Assembly: GCA_964486045.1 (NCBI GenBank)
Contig: CAZALK010000017.1
Location: forward strand, 56,312 to 120,311
DNA length: 64,000 nucleotides
Direction of reading: 5' to 3'
Source of the DNA: an uncultured archaeon
Lineage (GTDB): Archaea > Asgardarchaeota > Lokiarchaeia > Sigyniarchaeales > SOKP01
Under the pieces are notes generated by a model. It ran no database searches. It saw nothing but the letters and a program-made list of their open reading frames with translations, and was not told where the DNA came from. The position numbers were made by a program, and so were the translations under genes. This document shows positions 60,943 to 64,000 of this stretch, in pieces (position 1 is the stretch's first letter; each line of letters opens with the position of its first letter).

Positions 60943-62004
60943 ATGGGAACTGAGTTACGGTCAACCTCAAAAAAAATAAAAGTTGGAATTCCGCGAGCAC
61001 TTCATTTTTACAGATATTTTCCTTTTTGGAAAAAACTTCTTGAAGAATTGGATGTTGAACTCATATTAAGTACACCGACTAATAAGAAAACAGTCGAGGA
61101 GGGAGTAACTCATGGTTTTGGTGAGTTATGCATTCCGGTAAAAATATACTATGGTCATGTTCTTAAATTATTAAGAGAAAATCCAAATTTGGATTATATA
61201 TTTGTTCCTAGATATGTTGCTGAAGTAAAAGAATCATATTTCTGTCCTAAATTCTTATCCCTTCCTGATATCATAAAAATCTTGCCAGGAATTCCTAAAA
61301 TCCTAAATTTTGAGGTAAATGTTAAAGAATTTCCAATCGCAACATCTGCTATTGAGTTGGGAAAAGAGTTAGGGAAAACACAAAACCAAGCTCTAAATGC
61401 TTACAAAGAAGCACAAATCTATTTTGATGAATATCATAAGTTTTTACGAGATGGAGCCTCCGTAAATCATGCCCTAAAATTGGTTGAAAAAAATAGACCG
61501 TTCACCTTACCAAAAAGAAAACAGAAAGGAGATCTGAAATTTCTACTTTTAGGTCATGCTTATAACATTTTTGATACCTTTATAAATTTGGATTTTCAAA
61601 AGAAATTACAAGATCAGGGTGTTAAGGTTTTAACCATAGAAAATTTGCCCGAATCAATTTTCAAAAAACCAGTGATTATAAATAAAAGGCTTAGAAACTA
61701 CTGGAGACATGAAGAAGAAATAATGGCAGCAATTCGTTATTTTTTAACAAAAGGACGAGACGAAATCGATGGAGTGATTTTTCTTATCAGTTTTGCGTGT
61801 GGTCCTGATAGTCTTATTTCTGAACTTATTATGCGAGATATGAAAGTGGTAGGGTTACCCTTCTTAGAAATTACAATGGACGAGCATTCGGGAGAGGCTG
61901 GGCTTTTGACAAGAGTAGAAAGCTTTGTTGAGATGGTTCGGAGGAAGAAAAAGAAGTTATCAATTGATTCAGCAAAAAAAATGGATTCTTTAAAAGTCTC
62001 TTAA
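60943..62004 (+). CDS. Acyl-CoA dehydratase activase-related protein (DUF2229)
   Basis: VGIPRAL, C.PVK..GH, FCPKF, SFACGPD, DEHSGEAG..TR.E.F. Confidence 0.85.
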   Translation: MGTELRSTSKKIKVGIPRALHFYRYFPFWKKLLEELDVELILSTPTNKKTVEEGVTHGFGELCIPVKIYYGHVLKLLRENPNLDYIFVPRYVAEVKESYFCPKFLSLPDIIKILPGIPKILNFEVNVKEFPIATSAIELGKELGKTQNQALNAYKEAQIYFDEYHKFLRDGASVNHALKLVEKNRPFTLPKRKQKGDLKFLLLGHAYNIFDTFINLDFQKKLQDQGVKVLTIENLPESIFKKPVIINKRLRNYWRHEEEIMAAIRYFLTKGRDEIDGVIFLISFACGPDSLISELIMRDMKVVGLPFLEITMDEHSGEAGLLTRVESFVEMVRRKKKKLSIDSAKKMDSLKVS

Positions 62005-62044
62005 ATAGATTTTCGAAGAACTTGTTTAAGTTTAAACCCCTTTC

Positions 62045-62866
62045 TCATTTACTCTCTTTCTTTATAATATTCTTCATTTCTTCTAGAAACTCGATTAGCT
62101 CATTTATAATATCTTTATCGTTTTCTAAAATACCCTTCTTACTAGAAATGTGAAATAAAATTCTTTGAAGTAACACAAAAAATCTATAATCCAAAAAATC
62201 TTTTGATAAATTGTAAAGACGCGATTTTCCACTTTCCTTCATAATCTTTATTTTTTTAGCAATCTCGATTCCCATTTGAAAAAATTCGGGTATTGACAAA
62301 TACTCATCATCTTCATTAATTGAAGCATTTTCATCAAAATCAATTTCACCACACTTATTATAATCAAAAAAATTTTCACTAAGTTTTGAACATCTCAAAA
62401 TACAATCGAAAAGGATCATTTCTGCTGGATATTCTTCATCTACTTTATTAATCTGGTTTTTAAATTCAGACATAAATTGGTTTTTGAATTTAGATTCTCT
62501 TTTTAAGATATTTTTTAGCAAAGGATCTATGATATCTAAGAAATAGTTCTTATTATATCTTGAAACATAATCCATAGAATATAGTTCATAATTCAATTCA
62601 AAACCACCAAAATATTCTAGAAGAATTTCAAAAAGAGTGAATAATTCTGCTACAATATTCTCGCTTAATATAGATTGAAAGAAATTCAGTTTATCTTTTA
62701 AAATATCCCAAATTAAGAAATAGAATTCATGTTCTAATACATCAACTTGATACTCATAGAAATAGAGTAACCTTAAATCGTCTAATTTTATTTTTTTAGT
62801 GAAAGCGGTTTTTTTGTAACCACTATCTATATATTCTACATATTCCTCATATATATCTTCAAAAAA
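62045..62866 (-). pseudogene. Hypothetical gene lacking a start codon (frame open ~90 codons upstream of the track's TTG)
   Basis: In-frame EDIYEEYVEYIDSGYKKTAF...FGGFE continues into 62596; TAA immediately upstream. Confidence 0.5.
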
Positions 62867-62868
62867 TT

Positions 62869-63105
62869 AAATGTGGGTTGGAGATAACAAACAACCCTAT
62901 CTCACATCATAAAAAATATAATTGGAAAAAACTCTTCAGTCCAAGGTATGTAGGGTTCGTTCATCGAGATTGCCATGCTGCAGTTCATTCTACAAGAAGA
63001 GGGTATAAGAGAAGTTTAAGTTACTCCCAGATAAAACTGATCATAATGACGATTGCTGTCATTGTCCTCTTGACCATATTCGGTATAACATCTCTCTTTA
63101 ATTAA
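62869..63105 (+). pseudogene. 5'-truncated HNH/Zn-finger-like protein with C-terminal TM
   Basis: KCGLEITNNPISHHKKY...VHRDCHAAVH; first Cys of the CxxC and the start are missing. Confidence 0.4.
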
Positions 63106-63819
63106 TGATTGTCTTCTAATTCAGCTTTTACAAACTCAGCGAGAATTTTTTCGCCTTTTTTTTGATTTCTTTTGATATTCTTTTTTTACTAAAGTCTTGT
63201 ATTTTTCTTCTAAATCTGCACTTACCCTATTTAAATCTTGTCTCATCATTAAAGATGATAACTTATTTATTAACGTGGCCGCAATTCCAAAGTTATTTTT
63301 TTCTAAAAAAGAATTTATCAGTGTTTTAAAATCGAATCTAAATCAATTTTTTTTACTCTATAAGTGTCCCACATATTTTCAATTTTATCATAAGTGTATT
63401 TGGCAGCATAAACTTCATTTGCTTTTACTTGATTTTTAAAAATTTGAATTAGAGTTTCAGTTAATTTACTAGTAAGGTCGTTATCTAACATTATCAAATT
63501 CCAAATATCTTACCATTCATAAGTGATACATTCATGGTTAAATGATTGTGATTATAACGGACATCAGATTATTTAAATCCTTGCTCTGATATTAAAGAAA
63601 AGAAAGCATTATAATAAAATATTAGTTAGGTAAATATCATTGATTTTCTCCTGAAAGCAAAGTCTCCCAAATCTTCCTCATTGATTCTTGGATACTTGAA
63701 AAAGATAAAATTGCCTAAGTTTCTTATTATTAAATCCTATTTTTTTTCTCTATTTTTCTTTAAATAACTTCGACATTTTCTGAAGTAATACTTGATCATT
63801 AAAAACTAAGCGATTAAAA

Positions 63820-63954
63820 ATGACCGATAATCATAATCAAAGTTTTTTTGGGCAATCCACGGCAATGTTTGTTCAGAGCTCTTCTAAAAATGAACCTTTT
63901 ATTTTCATGAAGTTTATTAAGAAGAAAGGAGATGGTTCTTGGGAAAGATTTTAA
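63820..63954 (+). pseudogene. Short, probably truncated ORF
   Basis: MTDNHNQSFFGQSTAMFVQSSSKNEPFIFMKFIKKKGDGSWERF*; protein-like but only 44 aa. Confidence 0.4.
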
Positions 63955-64000
63955 AGGAAAGTAATAGCTCAAACCTTATAAGTCAGTGAATAATTGATTA

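Noticed and set aside
642-63439. Many short antisense or overlapping track ORFs (e.g. 642..830, 9187..9573, 14625..14906, 31729..32067, 33937..34368, 37523..37870, 39361..39711, 58716..58904, 63197..63439)
   Set aside because: Shadow frames of real genes or remnants, with no motifs.
63940-64000. Possible third intron after ...GSWE
   Set aside because: No convincing BHB; the candidate rejoined frame stops within a few codons, and the window ends.
1-64000. CRISPR array, tRNA/rRNA, IS or transposase
   Set aside because: No regularly spaced repeats, cloverleaf or transposase motifs seen; repeats inside LRR/TPR/Ig genes are protein-level.

Overview
AT-rich (~30% GC by eye) archaeal chromosomal DNA that looks like Asgard/Lokiarchaeia: a longin-fused small GTPase, a Rab-like GTPase, an IPGY-TM-KK sorting signal, LRR/TPR proteins, PlsC-type acyltransferase, beta-oxidation and amino-acid fermentation genes. 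I saw no rRNA, tRNA, CRISPR array or transposase. Main finding: two protein-coding genes look broken by short insertions that sit in bulge-helix-bulge (BHB) folds, the substrate of the archaeal tRNA splicing endonuclease. (1) The Rab-like GTPase has a 30-nt insert (40584-40613, minus strand) with two in-frame stops; canonical BHB cleavage removes it exactly and restores FKIIVIGDPAVGKS. (2) The tandem-domain PlsC acyltransferase has a ~32-nt frameshifting insert (56799-56830), with some ambiguity in register. This suggests tRNA-type mRNA introns in Asgard protein genes; a 2H phosphoesterase lies directly upstream of the Rab gene. Other observations: a long G-U-rich RNA hairpin leader or ncRNA (42551-42705), an LRR-RHH regulator with paired palindromic operators, a surface-protein island flanked by a duplicated nadB 3' end, tandem or fused Ig-repeat surface glycoproteins, a SIR2-TPR protein next to nadB, a HypD-like glycyl radical enzyme, and several gene remnants near the right end. 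All calls come from reading the sequence by eye; no searches or folding programs were run.
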